Origin: Pseudovirgaria hyperparasitica
Lineage: Eukaryota
Strand: one strand, 5' to 3'
DNA: 64,000 nucleotides
Assembly: GCA_010093815.1 (NCBI GenBank)
Contig: ML996583.1
This document shows positions 36,301 to 50,277 of the stretch, piece after piece. The notes beneath the pieces are model-generated. The model worked only from the letters and a program-made list of their open reading frames with translations. It did no database searches and was not told the origin of the DNA. Numbering within the stretch: position 1 is the first letter of the stretch; each line of letters begins with the position of its first letter. A program made the position numbers and the translations under genes.

Positions 36301-38937
36301 TATAGCTTATATTTTTCTAGCCTATCTAGGACTACGCGTATATACTAGATATATTCTTCTTCGTTATTAGAGAAGATAAGGATATTATTAAGGTATACGA
36401 TGCACGTCGTGTTAAGTAGGTCTACTAGCGCGTTATTAATATACGCTTAGAAGGTTCCTAGCGCGTTAGTTAGTCTAAAAGGGACTACTATATACTCGAA
36501 GTATCTATAACGGGTCCTAAACGCCGTTTTCTACTTATCGCCCTTCTTAATACGTAGGCGGTAGTAGGTATTATATAGATCGAGCTTAGTAAAGATCTTT
36601 ACGCGCCCTAGTCTATTAATAGACTCGGAGATAAGAGGTAGTAGATAACGATTCTTTCGCGTAATATTATTTAGACTACGGTAGTTAATATATAGACGGA
36701 GACTCCTATCCTTCTTCTTTATAAAGAGGATTAGAGCTTTGGCTAGAGATATACTAGGCCTAATCTATCCTTACGTAAGGTTCTTTTTAATGTATTCTCG
36801 GAGGACCTATAGCTCGGGTTCTAATAGAGAGTAGATAGGTCCGTGTAGAGGTTATTAACTATCTTCGAGATTAATAGTAAGGTCGGTAGATTAGTATTAA
36901 GGTAATTTAGACGAGTCGATCGCTAACACGATATATTAGTATATTTTATACTAATATAGTAGGTTTTCGTCTACTTTAATACTAAGCTCTCTATTTTAAG
37001 TAAGTAAGAGGACGTAGATAGCGGAGATTACCTTTTCGTAGTCCTTCTAGAATTATTCGTCGTCGACTAGCTATACTAGGTTCTATTATAGTAGGTACAT
37101 GCGCCAGCCAGCTATTTTCTAGATAAAGTCTAGTTTCGGGTTATATTTTTCGAGCTACGGTATACCGAGGATTATATTAAAGGGACTATCTACCACGATA
37201 AAGGTTAAGTAGTAGGGTTTCTACTTCCCCCCGCTATCCTAGATACCGTATTTAATAGTATAGATACTCTACGATTTAATAGGACCGTTAATACCATAGA
37301 AGGTAGTACCTATTAGTACTTAAATATCGACGTTAAGTTCTCGTGCTCGTTAAGTCGATATAACGTTAGTAGCTAAACTACTATTAAGTATTACGGTCTA
37401 ATATTATCTACGAGGGACCTCGATAGGCCTAGCCTATAGTTCGATATACTAGTTAGCTAGTTATCCCTCTATTTTAGTTACACCTATAAGTTACGAGGGT
37501 TCCTTATAGATAGTTAGTTTTTTATATTATATACCGGGTAGTTAGGCGCGATATATCCTAGCTACTAGTACTTATAGTATATAACTAACTTAGTATCTAT
37601 ATTAGTATTCGGTGGTTTCCCTAAGCGGTACTCGGGTACTATATAATCTATTCTACTATAGGTGTAGTAGGTAACTTTAGATTATTTATATAAGTCGTTT
37701 CTCGCGTCTCGATATATCGACTAGTAGAAAGATCCGTGGTACGGGCCTCGTCTTCTTAAGTTCGTAGAGTAGTAGCGCCCATAAGGTATTCCGCGCGATC
37801 TATTACTAAACCGGTCCTCTTTAGATAATTTTATATCGGATTAGATTAATAGGGATAGTCGTGCGCCTATACGACGTTAGTTATTTATTATACGCTAATG
37901 TTATTCTACGAGATTCGCGAGTGCCTAAAGGTTGGTAGAGATAGATATTATAAGGTTAATACGTTCCTTTACGCTCGGGTTAAGGGACCTTTTAAAGTTA
38001 TCGCATTATCGAACTATATAATCTTCCTTAGCTTCTCTCTAAAGAGGTCGGAGGTATTTAAGAAGTTATAACGGGAATTATCTCTCTTACTATTAAGTCT
38101 TAAAGATATAGCTCTAAGCCTATTCGCGTCGCTCGGCTCTATTACTAAAGTATTAAAGAAGGAATTCGGTGAACGTGTCCTAGTTATACGCATCCTTAGG
38201 GTGTTTAATTCGATATACCATCTAACGTTCAGATAGTATTAGGTCTAGGTAGTTCTATACGAACCTAATCTTATTACTATTATTCGTAAATAGATAGAAG
38301 AATCGGCTATACTAGTAAGCCTATTCGTAAAAGCTCCTCCTGGTTTTACCGTCGAAGTAAGGTAGTTTCTTAGGCTAAGGTAACTAGGATAGTAATAGAC
38401 TTAGTTAGACTGTTTCGGCTTAAGTTAATCTATATTAGTATAGATTAGTTACTACTAGCACTAAAGCGCGTAGTGCGGCTTCGAGTCTAGCGGTTTATTC
38501 TCGCGCTTTATCGAGTTCACGAAGTTACTACTTAAGCTAAGCCTAACGCTATCTCTCCGTGTATAGCTTAGTATATATATTATTATAAGGCGTGGTTAAC
38601 GTTAGTCGGTTCTAACGAATTAATTCATTAACGTTAATAGGGTCTAGTCTTATAGTAAGGATAGGTCTAGTATAGTATAAACTAGACCGCGATAGAGTAT
38701 AATAGACTCCTTCCTTATTATCTAGGTAATCTTCTACGGTTATACGGAATACCGTACTAGTTATTAGTGCGATAGTCTATAGGGTATACTTATTAGTGGA
38801 GGTGGTTATAGGGAGACTATTCTCTTCGTTTAGATTTAGAGAGAGTCTCTCGTGTAAGGTAGTACTACGGGTATTATAGCGCCTAGTAGGAGCTATCTCT
38901 ATAAGCTACCGTTATACTATATAGAGAGGAATTAAAA

Positions 38938-39175
38938 TATATAGAGTAAAGACGTGGGATAGTAGTCTAATAGTTTATAGAGAGATATAGGAATGTATTT
39001 ATAGAGTAATCTTACTCTTATACGAGGTTGATTCCTAACGAGTAGGAATCGGTTTATACAGTCTACTTATATAGTGACCTCGCTTAACTTAGCTAACTCA
39101 ACCTAGCTCTGGCCACTACGTGGCTGTATAGATTAGAATAGTCTATATAGGTCCGTTATGGTTCCCGTCCTAACA
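38938..39175 (-). repeat. 5' LTR of A1 (type A LTR)
   Basis: Ends ...CCCGTCCTAACA on the plus strand (TGTTAGGACGGG on the element strand); followed by TSD TATAC. Confidence 0.95.
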
Positions 39176-39407
39176 TATACTACTATTCTTCTACCTCTTT
39201 TACCTTTACTACCTTCCTTATAAATATATAATAAATAGAAAGAGTTAGAATAAGTTCTATATAAAGAAAGAGAAGGAACCTAAGAAACTTATTAATAACT
39301 ATATCTATTAATTTTAAACTTAACCCTTCCTCTCTATCTAAGCTATCTTTAAGAGAAGAGAATTTCTCTAAGTAGAGATTAGCTTAGATAATTATATTTA
39401 AATATAT

Positions 39408-39780
39408 TATGGAAGGCCGCTCCTGCAGCCCTACATGTATATGTCCCTAGCTCGATTACATGGCTTTATTATATATTTAAGGAGGGCGTTTTTCCTTGGT
39501 CATTCTACTCGGCGCGCTTCCCCCATCACTAATATTCGACTATTTAACCTTTTCTTACGTTTATAGGCCTCTATAGGTATTAATTATTAGACTTAGCTAT
39601 TAAAGAATTAATTAAGAGTATTATATAGACCCGTCCTATCGTAAAAGAGAACTAATAAGAAGTCGTACGTTCAAAGAGAACTTATAATACCTAGGAGAGA
39701 TACTTGTGAGTTCGTCGCGACTACTATACTAGGAATATAGCTATTTATAAAAGGGATACACGTGGCGATAGCTTACTATA
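39408..39780 (+). repeat. 5' LTR of G2
   Basis: T(A/G)TGGAAGGCCGCTCC...GCTTACTATA; direct repeat of 50476-50848. Confidence 0.95.
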
Positions 39781-40299
39781 ATTTTAGAGGTTATACCCGG
39801 ACTATAAACTTATAGGGGGAGATTAGGACTCCGAAACTAGCTTAGGGGAAGTATATGGCGTGCCTAATAAGGTAGTCTAGACTTACTAGATCGAAGCCAC
39901 GAGTCTAGAAAATAGGGAGTCCGGAGTCGCTAGGGGCTAGCCTCTTAAAAGTAGCCGTAAAAAGTATACGCATGCTAACACGGGTAATAGCGCGACTCGA
40001 AAATGTCTTAGGGGAATAGAATATAAAACAGGGCCAGATGAAGTAGTAAAGAAGAGTTTAAAAACGATAAATACAACCTATTTAGTACTACCATAGCTGT
40101 TATTTATAAACACGGCTACACGAGTATACCACTTTAGGAACGCCTTATACAAAGATAATAATATAAGTAGGATACCGTGAACCTTATATCGATGAAGACG
40201 ATAGTAATAGTTCACCTTATAAAGGGATTAGTTAACATAGAGAAGGGATAATAGATGTTATAGGTAGACGCATTAGGCTAACCTTTAGTTAAGGTAATC

Positions 40300-43200
40300 C
40301 CTTGACTAATAACCTTACCCCTAGCGTCTCTACTAGTATATCTACTACTAGTAATAGTGCGATAGAAGCTTAAAATAACGACCTAGTAACTTATAGAGAG
40401 ATACTTAACTTCTTCGTAGCATTTGCGCGATAAGGAAGGATAGTACCTCTATCTACCCTAGCCCCCGAGCGCTTTAAAGGAATAAATATTACGGCCTTCC
40501 TTCGGAAGTACGAGGACATGTATATAAACTATAAAGTTCCGCCTAATAAGAAGATAACCTCCCTACTATTATACTATAAGGACTATCTCCGTCCTACTAT
40601 TAAAGGAATAAGTAGGTTTTAGAAATAGTAGTGGGCCACGCTACGTAAAGAATTATTAAAGGAATTCTCTCTATTTAACTCTACCCTTAAGGAAGGCACC
40701 ATCTACTTTATCCGAAAATACGTGGAAATGGTTAAAGTAGACCTATCCTACTCTCTCTCTATGTACTACTCCCGGTATCGTGTTATTATAGAGAAACTTA
40801 CGGCTAAAGGAAGCCTAAGCTTATATTCGCGAATAGAGCTCTTCCTAGAAGGGCTGCCTAATAGTCTTAAGGCTCGGGCTATAGAGAAATGTTAACTCAT
40901 AATAGAAGTACATAGTTACGACTAGGTAATTATCTATGGCTTCGTATTACGAAAGGCTAGAGTACTTAAGGAACTAGCTCGTATTAATAAGTACTTAGCC
41001 GCATAAGAGCTAGCCATAGCTATATACCATAAATTAAAGATAGGGAGTAAGAAGACCGGCTTAGAAGAGTAGTTACATGAAGAAAGAAGAACTAATGAAT
41101 TTAACTACCCCTCTCTAGTCGTAGTATACGTCGCGCTAGAATTGGATAAGTTTAACGAGATAGTAGAGAGATTTAGTAAACTAGACCTTACGTTAATTAA
41201 GATAAAGTCCTACTTTACCTCTAATCCCTTATTTCTATCTCTTAAGAAGTACGAACCTAAGCTACTTTCGGCTATTATTAACTAGTAGGCGCGAAGGCTA
41301 AATCTTTTAGTATATCCCTAAGTATAAGGCATGCCTATAGAACTAACGTAAGTTTATCCATAGAATTATATATAGAATAGAGAATACGTCTCTACCCGAG
41401 ACTCCTAAGAAGGCGTTATAGCCTAGAATAGGCCTCGAAGACTAATTGTATACATTACGTACGGAGGAGATTACCTAATATATAGATATCCGGAGATAGT
41501 AGGATATATTAGAGACGGATTACTAAATATTAACAGGGTACGAGTATTCCAAGGGCGTTTCGGGGCGAATAGAGAAGAAATCCTATTACTACTCTCCTCG
41601 GTAGGGCTATAAGCTACTCTATAAGCTATCCGGAACTACGTAGTAATGGTTTAAAACGGCCTAAGCTAGTATAGAGGAGGAGTAAAGGTTTCTACGTCTA
41701 TAGTAAACATTAACGCTTTATAGAGAGTACTAGTATATAGTATTAGTATAAAACCTACGAAGGGTCCCTACTAGACCTTAGCGGATAGTAATTCGGAAGA
41801 AGAAGTTACGTCACCTAAGAGTAAGAAAGATAGATATATAGAATTCTACGAACGCTTCGACGTGGCTAGTAATAGATATATCTATAAGGAGATAGCCCTA
41901 GAAGAGCCCGCTATGCTCGTAATATCTAGAAGGGGGATTACGAAGAGTATACCTAATTATACTAAAGAAAGAAAGATCGCCTGTCTCCGCGGAATGCGTG
42001 AAGGGTAGTATATAAGAATTATTAAGGAATAGAAGGACGGCGAGAAGAGTAGCGACTAGAGAACGTCTAAATAAGAGCCAACGGCGCCGGAGGATAAGAT
42101 AGATAAAGGGGATGGCCTAAATCCTAGTTAAAAGGTATATATCTAAGGCGTTAAGCTTAATAACTATCTACACGAAGGATAGCGGCTAAGTATAGAAGCT
42201 AGCGAAGCATGGCTAGTGCGCGTTCTAGGGATAACTATAAATATTACTATTAGCGAACTATTAAGCCTTAATAGCGACTTATATCGTGCGGTATTCGAGA
42301 AGGGCGCCCCCGACTTTATAGCTAGAGAGGTCTATAAGACTCGAGAAGAGAGAGCCGAGAAGAAAGAAAGAAACGACTATACTATGGCTCCCGAGATAAA
42401 TAAACTTAACGTATTAGTACCCCTCTATACTATAGAGATAGCTATCACGTAATAAGATATTAATTAGCTTAAGGAAGGGATAGTAAGGCTAGTAGCTAAG
42501 TATCCGAGGTACCTTATAGAAGTTAGTCCTAAAAGGGCGACTAGTATAGTACTATTTAATAGTGGCGCATAGATAAATAGTATTCGACTAGATACTACGA
42601 GGCGTCTTAGGCTAGCGATATCTTCGCTTCTACTATATATAAAGAACTCGAGTTTAGTTAGCGCTACTTAGTATAGTACTCTATTTATAGGAATAGTATA
42701 GTAATACCCTATCCGCATAGATCGGATCGTTATAGCTACTTTAATATTTATATATAGCGAACTTAATTATAACCTTATCCTAGGGGAGCTATATACTAGA
42801 TAGGCCTTACTTACGGTGTAGAGGTTAGCCTCTAGGTAAGTACTCTTAATAGTCTACTCCGTATATAGATAAGAACGTATAACCTTTAAAACTAGTCTAG
42901 ACGAGTATATTCTAGTCTTAGAGAAGGAGGGTAACTCCGTGGCTAGAGACTAACTATATAGCGGAGTATATCGCCGGAAGCTGGAGTTAAGCCGGATTAT
43001 TAGTTAAGGGCTACCCTTAACTAATAATCCGTACTAAATAGAGTCCGGTAAACCTACTAATAAAGGGGATAGGCTATATTTTTATACGTATATAGAAATA
43101 AGTTATATAGAGTTACTTTCCGAGAAAATCCGGCCTAAAAATATTACTTAGTTATCGAGAAAAGATGACTTAGCTACCCTAGTTACGGCGGTAAGGTACG

Positions 43201-46200
43201 CTACCTTTATATATAAATAAGGCACGATAATAGAACGGCTTATAGTAGACTCTACCGGCCTCTTAAGACGGTATTCATCTAGGGTATTAAAGGGATTTAG
43301 TATGGCTACCATGTATAAAAGAAAGGGAGTTAAAGTATACCCCGTGGATAACTCCGAAGCCTACCGAAAGGTTCCTAGAAATCTATTAGGGTATCTAGAC
43401 TAGCGTAAACGAGTAATCGCATAGTAGATACTTCTTCTAGCCGTCTACCTAGGCCTTAATACGTTTAATAGACTAATAGAGCCTTAAAGGGTAACTATCC
43501 CGCTAGGAACACGTCTAACGCCTCTATATATAAGTTAGCTAAAGATTAGAATAGAGCTACGTCCCGCGGAACTTAAGTTACTATATATAATCTTATTATA
43601 TCGCGAGGAAGCACTAGTATAGAAATTCTTATACCTTAGTAAATTTAACGAAGAGGTGGTATCTCCGTAGGAGATCCGAACGGTAGAACATAAGATATAG
43701 TAGGCTAAGAACTTTAATATTTCTAGAGCCCTTTATAGAAAGGTACTTACGATTCTAAAAGAGCGTCTTAATAGCGGAAGGCTCGAGCCCTATAGTAGTC
43801 CTTATTAAAACGCCTATTTTCTCGTGGAAAAGAAGAAGGAAGCTAATAAGGAACGAGATTATAGATTAATCAATTCGGCGATAGAAATTAACCGAGTCAC
43901 TATTCGTAATATGGCCACGCCGCCCTTATATAAAGAGTTCTCGGAGCACTTTACGGGGATAGCCGTCTTAACATTTACTAACTTCTTCTTAGGATATAAT
44001 TAGATTCTATTAGTAGAGTATTACTAAGACTTAACGGGGTTTATAACGCCCCTAGAATTACTACACGGGATAATATTACCTTAAGAGGCTACTAATTTAG
44101 TAGCTTAGTTCGTTAGAATTATATTAACTATTATATAAGAATATATCCCGGAGAGGGCTCTACTATTCCTAGATAACTTAGATATTAAAGGACCTATAAC
44201 GAAATATAACTCTAAGGAGGCCCTGCCTAGAATTCGTAAGTATATCCTAGAATATTTAATTAACGTGGATAAGGTTCTCGCGGATATAGAGCGCGCCGGA
44301 TACGCCCTAAGTAGTAAGAAGACTTAGTAGTATATTAAAGCCACTAACGTTATAGGATACGTCTACGATATTAAAGGGAGGCGACCGAGTAATAAAAAGG
44401 TTACTACTATTAGGGACTGGAAACCCTATAAAAACACGACGAATATGCGAGCCTTCCTTAGCGTTTATATATATTTCCGGATATGGATCCCCGGGTACGC
44501 TATTATCGCATCGCCGCTATTTATACTATTAAAGAATAAATCGGCCTAGTAGTAGATAGCTAAGGAGTAGACCTCGATAGACGCGCTAAAGATAGCTCTA
44601 ACTACTACTCCCGTACTAATAACGTTACGGTACGGGATAGGTATAGGAGATATAATTCTAGTAGTAGACTCTAGTAACGTTAGGTAGGGAGCTACATTAA
44701 TATAGGAGAATAAGAATCGTAAACGTTAGCTATCGCGGTATAATAGAGGAATATAGTTAAAAGCTAAGAGAAACTACGATACCGTGAAGCTAGAGTACCA
44801 AGCCCTCCTCCACGCGTTATAGAAGTTCTAGTAATATCTCTATAGTATATACTTTATTATAGAAATAGACGCGAATACTCTAGTTACTTAAATTAACCGC
44901 ACTATAACTAACTTACTAGGGGCGCTCGTTACTAGGTAGCTCGCGTAGATTTAGCTATAGAACTTTATAGTTAGGCACGTACCTAGAAAGCGTAACGTAG
45001 TCGCCGACGGTATCTTACGGATATATAAAGGAGAAGAACTACTAGACGTCCCTACCTTTAACCTAGACGAGTTTATAGATATGGCTCTATATATAGACGT
45101 ACTAGAGACGTCGTTAATCAAGCCCGTTAGCGGGAGAGATTACATGATAGGGATACTCGACTATACCGCCATTAAGTCTCCCTTAATAGATAAATATAGC
45201 GATAAATAGTAGAGGATTACGAAATACCTTACTATACTTAAGAGGCTAACCGACCTAACTAACTAAGTGTATAAGGCCTTTATAACCGACTACCTAAAGT
45301 TCCTTATATATAACTAAATACTCTAGCGGAGAGGAGATAGACATCGCTAACATACACGAGTAATTAAGGATCCGAATACTAGGGCGCGTATAATTACCGC
45401 TACTTATAACGAGATAGATTATAGAGGTAGCGAAGGGACCCTCGGAAGGATTAAGGATAAGTATTAGTAGGTAGGTATACATAGAGACGTGTAATAGCAC
45501 GTGAAAATCTATAATAAATATTAACGACGAAGTAAACTCCTTGGAGGTCTTAATAAAGGGCTCTACCACGTTATAACGCCTGTTCTTTAGTAAAGAATAT
45601 ACTTAGACGTAACGACGCTACTACCTTCTATAGGGTATAGTAAAGTGGTATCTATACGAGAATAGCTAAGCGGATAGACTAAGGCGGAGGCATGTACGGC
45701 GGCTACGTCCATAGTCGTCGTAAAGTTCCTCTTTAAGAACGTAATCTATAGATATAGAATTATTCCTAAAATCACCTATAACGGTAGTAGAGAAAATATG
45801 GGTGCCATAGAGGAGCTCCTCTAACTCTATGGAATTTATTAGAAGGTTACGTCTACGTATAATCCCTAAGTAAATAGAATTATTAAGAGAAGTTTTATAC
45901 TACTCGCTAATGCTCTTGCGAAGATAACTAATGGCGGATTTAAGAACTGGCCCGGCTACCTCTATACGGTTATCTAGGTAGATAGAATAACGACACGTGC
46001 TAGTATAGGGTATAGTACCGTATACCTCGTGCTCGGCCATAAACTAATCATGCCTATTAAAGTCGAATTTAAGTCGCTCTAAATGCTCCCTTAGGACGAG
46101 GTGTAATCGACGTCCGACTTACTCGCTCTTTGAGCTAGATAACTTAAGAGAAGATCCGAGGATCTTAAGGAGGCCTATATCTACGCGATACGAACGCGTA

Positions 46201-46650
46201 AGGAATCGAGAGAGGCATGGAATAATAACCATTACCTTTATTAAGAGTCGTTACTAGTTAATACGATTATCCTTCTTTACGACTCGTAGTAATAGAAGGA
46301 TATAGAGCGGAAGCTAAGGTAGCATTAGAGGGAGCCATATAAAATCTAGTCCGTGTTTAATTATACTTATAAGCTCGCGGAGCTTAATAGAGCCATACTT
46401 AGAGAGACGTTTCCTAGCTATAGGTTAAAGAAATATTTTATAAGAAATATAAGTAACGAGAGTTACGATAAGCCCTTACGACTACTAATTAGAAGAATTA
46501 CCGAGGAAAATAAGGAGAGTGGCGATAAGGAAAACTATTATAAATAACTTACGGAATACCTCGACGACGCTACACGAACCCGGGTGGAAGTGGTAATTCC
46601 TACTCCGTAAGACTTTAATAGAGAAGAATATTTACGTTTCCCTAGAATTA
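40300..46650 (+). pseudogene. gag-pol relic of G2 (approximate ends)
   Basis: Gag-like FKGINITAFLRKYEDM (~40473); protease LF(N/D)SGA (~42552); RT FF(L/S)GY(N/D)(*/Q)I (~43983) and FLD(N/D) (44166-44177); RNase H VVDSS..G(*/W)GA (~44661); integrase YNP(*/Q).N(R/G) (~45858). Confidence 0.9.
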
Positions 46651-47343
46651 ACATCTTCTTCTAGGGGATAGAAGTTTTTTTAAGGAGGGAAGGAATACTT
46701 ATAAAAGTAGTCTTATAACGATAAACTCTATTATCGAAAAAGGACGATGAACTCCATCATCGAAAGAGGATAATAAACCCTATCATTACTATAAAATAAT
46801 AAAACTTATTATTAAAGTAAGTAATGCTCGAAAGAAGATATAATGGCGTTTACGCGAATTCCACCTACTATATATTAAAGCCGGTCGTGTAATCGAAGCC
46901 TACCTATCGAAGGCCCATTTCGTTACTATAGAACGGGCCCTATTAGGAACTAATAAGGAAGAAAAGAAGGAGGAGGTATAGGAGAAAAAGATACTTATAG
47001 GAAGTCTTATAAGGATGAGAATATACCCGGTATCTATTTATTTATAGATTCCGCTATATACCTAGTGGATACATTCATTCATAGATTTCCTATATATCTA
47101 GTATATATTTATTCATAGATTCGACACGTATACGGGCCTACGGCCGTTAGTAAGGATCATTTATAAAAATTACTATATACCCGGCATTCAAGGAGGTATA
47201 AAAAGAGAACTTAAGATAGTATATAACTCTTCCCTCTTACACCTCTCTATACCTCCTTAATTAATAAAACCTCCTCCTCTACTTCCGCCTCGCTTAACTA
47301 TCTCTCCTTAGAACGTAACTCGCTAATAGAACCGATAATAATA

Positions 47344-50277
47344 ATGGCCCCGCTAAAAAAGAAAACGCCTACCTATAAAGAGTTATAAGATCGTTAAGTA
47401 CTAATAAGATAGACGCGGTCCTAGTTAAGAGTCATAAGTACTAAAGTAGAGCCATTAACGGCTATCGTGGTATCGAGGCCATCTACTACTCCGTATAGAT
47501 AGGCTATAGAAGCTACGGAAGTAAATAAGTCTACCATTAACCGAATTATCGCCATCTAGAACCCGCAAGAGCGATAGGACTATATTCTAGATATATTTAA
47601 TAATCTTCTTCATATTACCAGCCTTATAGAATAGCTCTTAAGTAGTATAGTTAACCTCTTCTAGGAAGTAGGAGCCGTAATAGGGTATAGTAAGGTAAAG
47701 ATTAACTTCTCCATTCCGAAAGAAGTCCACGAGATAATTCGTTGTAGAAGAGATACCAACTCCCATATTCTAAAAGCTAAAAATATAATCCTATAAAACT
47801 AGCGAAAAGACCTCCCTAATAATAACGGCTAGTTACTCTAATCCGCCCTCGGATAGCTCTAGTAAATATAGAACTTCATGGAAAAGCTAGTAGCGCTCTT
47901 ATAAATACGGACATGGGTAAGAGCGAGGAACTAGTTAAATATATCTCTATAGTCCCGAATCGGCCAGGGATAGAAGAGAAGGGGAATTAAGGTATATCTT
48001 TAGAGCTCTAATATCGATACCGCTCTAGCTAGTAATAGTAACGAGGATAGTCTATCTCTCTAGTAACTCTCGAACTACCCTAGCTAATAAAATGAACTAA
48101 CGTTCCATAATAAGACGGGACTTATTATCCCCGCTAGTTAATAGTTATAGATAAGTAGAATGGTTCATAGGCCCGTCGAATACTACCTATAAATCAAAGA
48201 GATAAGTATATCGCCTCCGCCTTAGACCTTACCGTCGCTAAAACTAGCGTAGGTAACGCCCGTGGTAAAGTCCCCTCCATAAAGTACGCCTCCTAGTTTA
48301 GTAGTATGTTATCTCTTCGAAGCTAGTTATCCGTTTAAAGTAAGTATTCCTCCTACTACTACTAGTATACGTCCCTTACCGGGCCATGCGAGGATCTCTT
48401 TAGTACCTATTACGGCCATACTAATAAAACCCACTCGCGGACGTGCCTCATCTACCGGCCCTTAGTAATTACCAGGGGCGCCTACACGATAATCCCTAGT
48501 TATTCTTAGTTCGTACCCTAAGACGATAGTATCGGTTAAGGAAGAGGACGAGCCTAAGAAGTATTAATGCGCGCCTTTAGTGACGAAGACTTTTAAGGTA
48601 GCTATATTATTAAAGAAGAATTTCACGAGCATTAAGGGAATAGCCCTACTAGTACGCTAGAAAGCGTAGATAGGTAACATGGCTATTCCATATAAAGTCT
48701 ACTATAAGCATTACTAAGACGTGGCTAGAAAGAATGATATACTTATTAGCGTGTTCTACTTGAACCTAGTAGCGAGACTTAAAATGGTATATAAGTTTAG
48801 AGATAACGTGGGGGCCCTTAAAGTTTATAAGGACTACTACACCTAGTTCGCGAAGTACGCGCGGCCACCTCATCTAATAGAGGCATTAGATATCTATTAT
48901 TACTAGGCCCTAGAGACCCCGAAGTAAGTTATTAATATTAAAACTATCCTTACTAGTATCGTATTTATAATTTAGAAGAAGGACGGTAGGATAGGTAGGT
49001 AACTCTTCGACGAGTAGAAACGTACTAGAAGTATTAATATTAAAGGGCTCTTCGAGCCACTTAAAAAGACAACCTCTATACTTAATAAGAGTATTCTAGA
49101 ACTCGCGAGGGATGAATTTAATATATATAAGTACCACCAGTGTATATTTAATAAGAAATCGAACTACGGCTGGCTACGAACTATATACCACTCCTATATC
49201 TAATAGTTTATTAGGTAATATCTACTTTACTAGCTCACCTATATCGCTCTTCGGCCTAATCTTAACTACTATCTAATCTCGTACCCGTACTATGCGAAGT
49301 CCTAGGATAGAGGCGATAAGACGGGTTTTAAGTATCTCGATAACGCTATTAATCGAATCCTCGATTCTAGCGATAGATACGGGTTTAATATAATCTAGGG
49401 GAGTATTAGTCTCGACGACGAACGAAGTAACGACTATACTATAATCGTTCCCCGCTCCTATAAGTTCTTAAATAAATAGTAGTCGAAGGCTAAGCTCCGC
49501 GAGGGGGTCAATCGAAACGGTATAATTACGGCTATTAACGATAAGATCTATAATACGGACGATAAGAAACGATTTAGTCCCTTCGTCCTAGTCCTCTACT
49601 AGTCCCTTAAAGTATATATCTCTAGCCCACTAATAATATACGGCGCCTAGGGTCCCGTAAAGGGTAGAAGACGTATAATACTTCTATAGTATATCGCAAT
49701 TAGCCCTAATCATATAATAATAGAAGTACCTAAAATAGGCATATAGGAATAACTCGTAGTAGCTTATAGGAATTTAACTCCGGGACCTACGTCTCCGTCG
49801 GGATTTTCTAATAAATATAGCGCGATTCCTTTTGCCTTCCTAGCCGTAGTTTAACTCCCGAGTTTTAACGCCGTTAGTAACACATTAGTCAGCCGTAAAA
49901 GATAGAATAGCTAGAAGGTAAAAGAAGAGGTAGCTACGTGGCTTAACGTAAGTCCTTAATAACTTAAAGCTAAGGTAGACACCTAGTTTAAGGAGGGCTC
50001 GAGGGTATTCGTAGAGACCTTTAAGAAAATAGTAAGGTAGGAAAGGCTAGTCTATGGGGATAGGTCATTCTAGAAGGAATTTAACAAGGCGCGCGCCGCT
50101 AAGCGGCTAATTAATTTTAAGAAATTCGAGCCCGACGCGGGCCTAGATAATATTAAAGAGAACTTCTATAGATAGGAGAGGCCTAACAAACTATCCGACG
50201 AGGAGGAATCTAACCTCTCTAAGATAAGCGACACGATTCTTTAGGAGCTGGCTCGCGACCTTAAGTACTAAGATTAG
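47344..50277 (+). pseudogene. RIP-degraded cargo ORF (~980 codons) with a C-terminal PhyH-like 2OG-Fe(II) dioxygenase domain
   Basis: The ATG at 47344 is in the same frame as the conserved-looking block at 49081-50277, where the stops are TAA/TAG. It reads NYGWLRT.YHS, ALRP, LISYPYYAK, T.F.(H)LD, I(Q)GSISLDDE, (H)GA.GP..GRRR..L(P)(W), SPSGFSN.Y.AIPFAF. Confidence 0.75.

Larger units (their letters stand above)
31253..39175 (-). mobile_element. Full-length Ty3/Gypsy chromovirus-type LTR retrotransposon, copy A1 (RIP-inactivated)
   Basis: 238-bp LTRs at 31253-31490 and 38938-39175; 5-bp TSD TATAC at 31248-31252 and 39176-39180; polypurine tract next to the 3' LTR (31491-31507). The internal region is the reverse complement of 56380-62015 (gag, PR, RT, RH, IN, chromodomain). 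Confidence 0.95.

Noticed and set aside
46717..46820. Short repeats considered as a CRISPR-like array
   Set aside because: The units are contiguous, degenerate tandem copies with no unique spacers, in a eukaryotic retrotransposon.
47344..50277. Cargo ORF of G2 as a retroviral env gene
   Set aside because: It is in the env position, but I saw no signal peptide or transmembrane anchor, and the motifs fit a soluble oxygenase.
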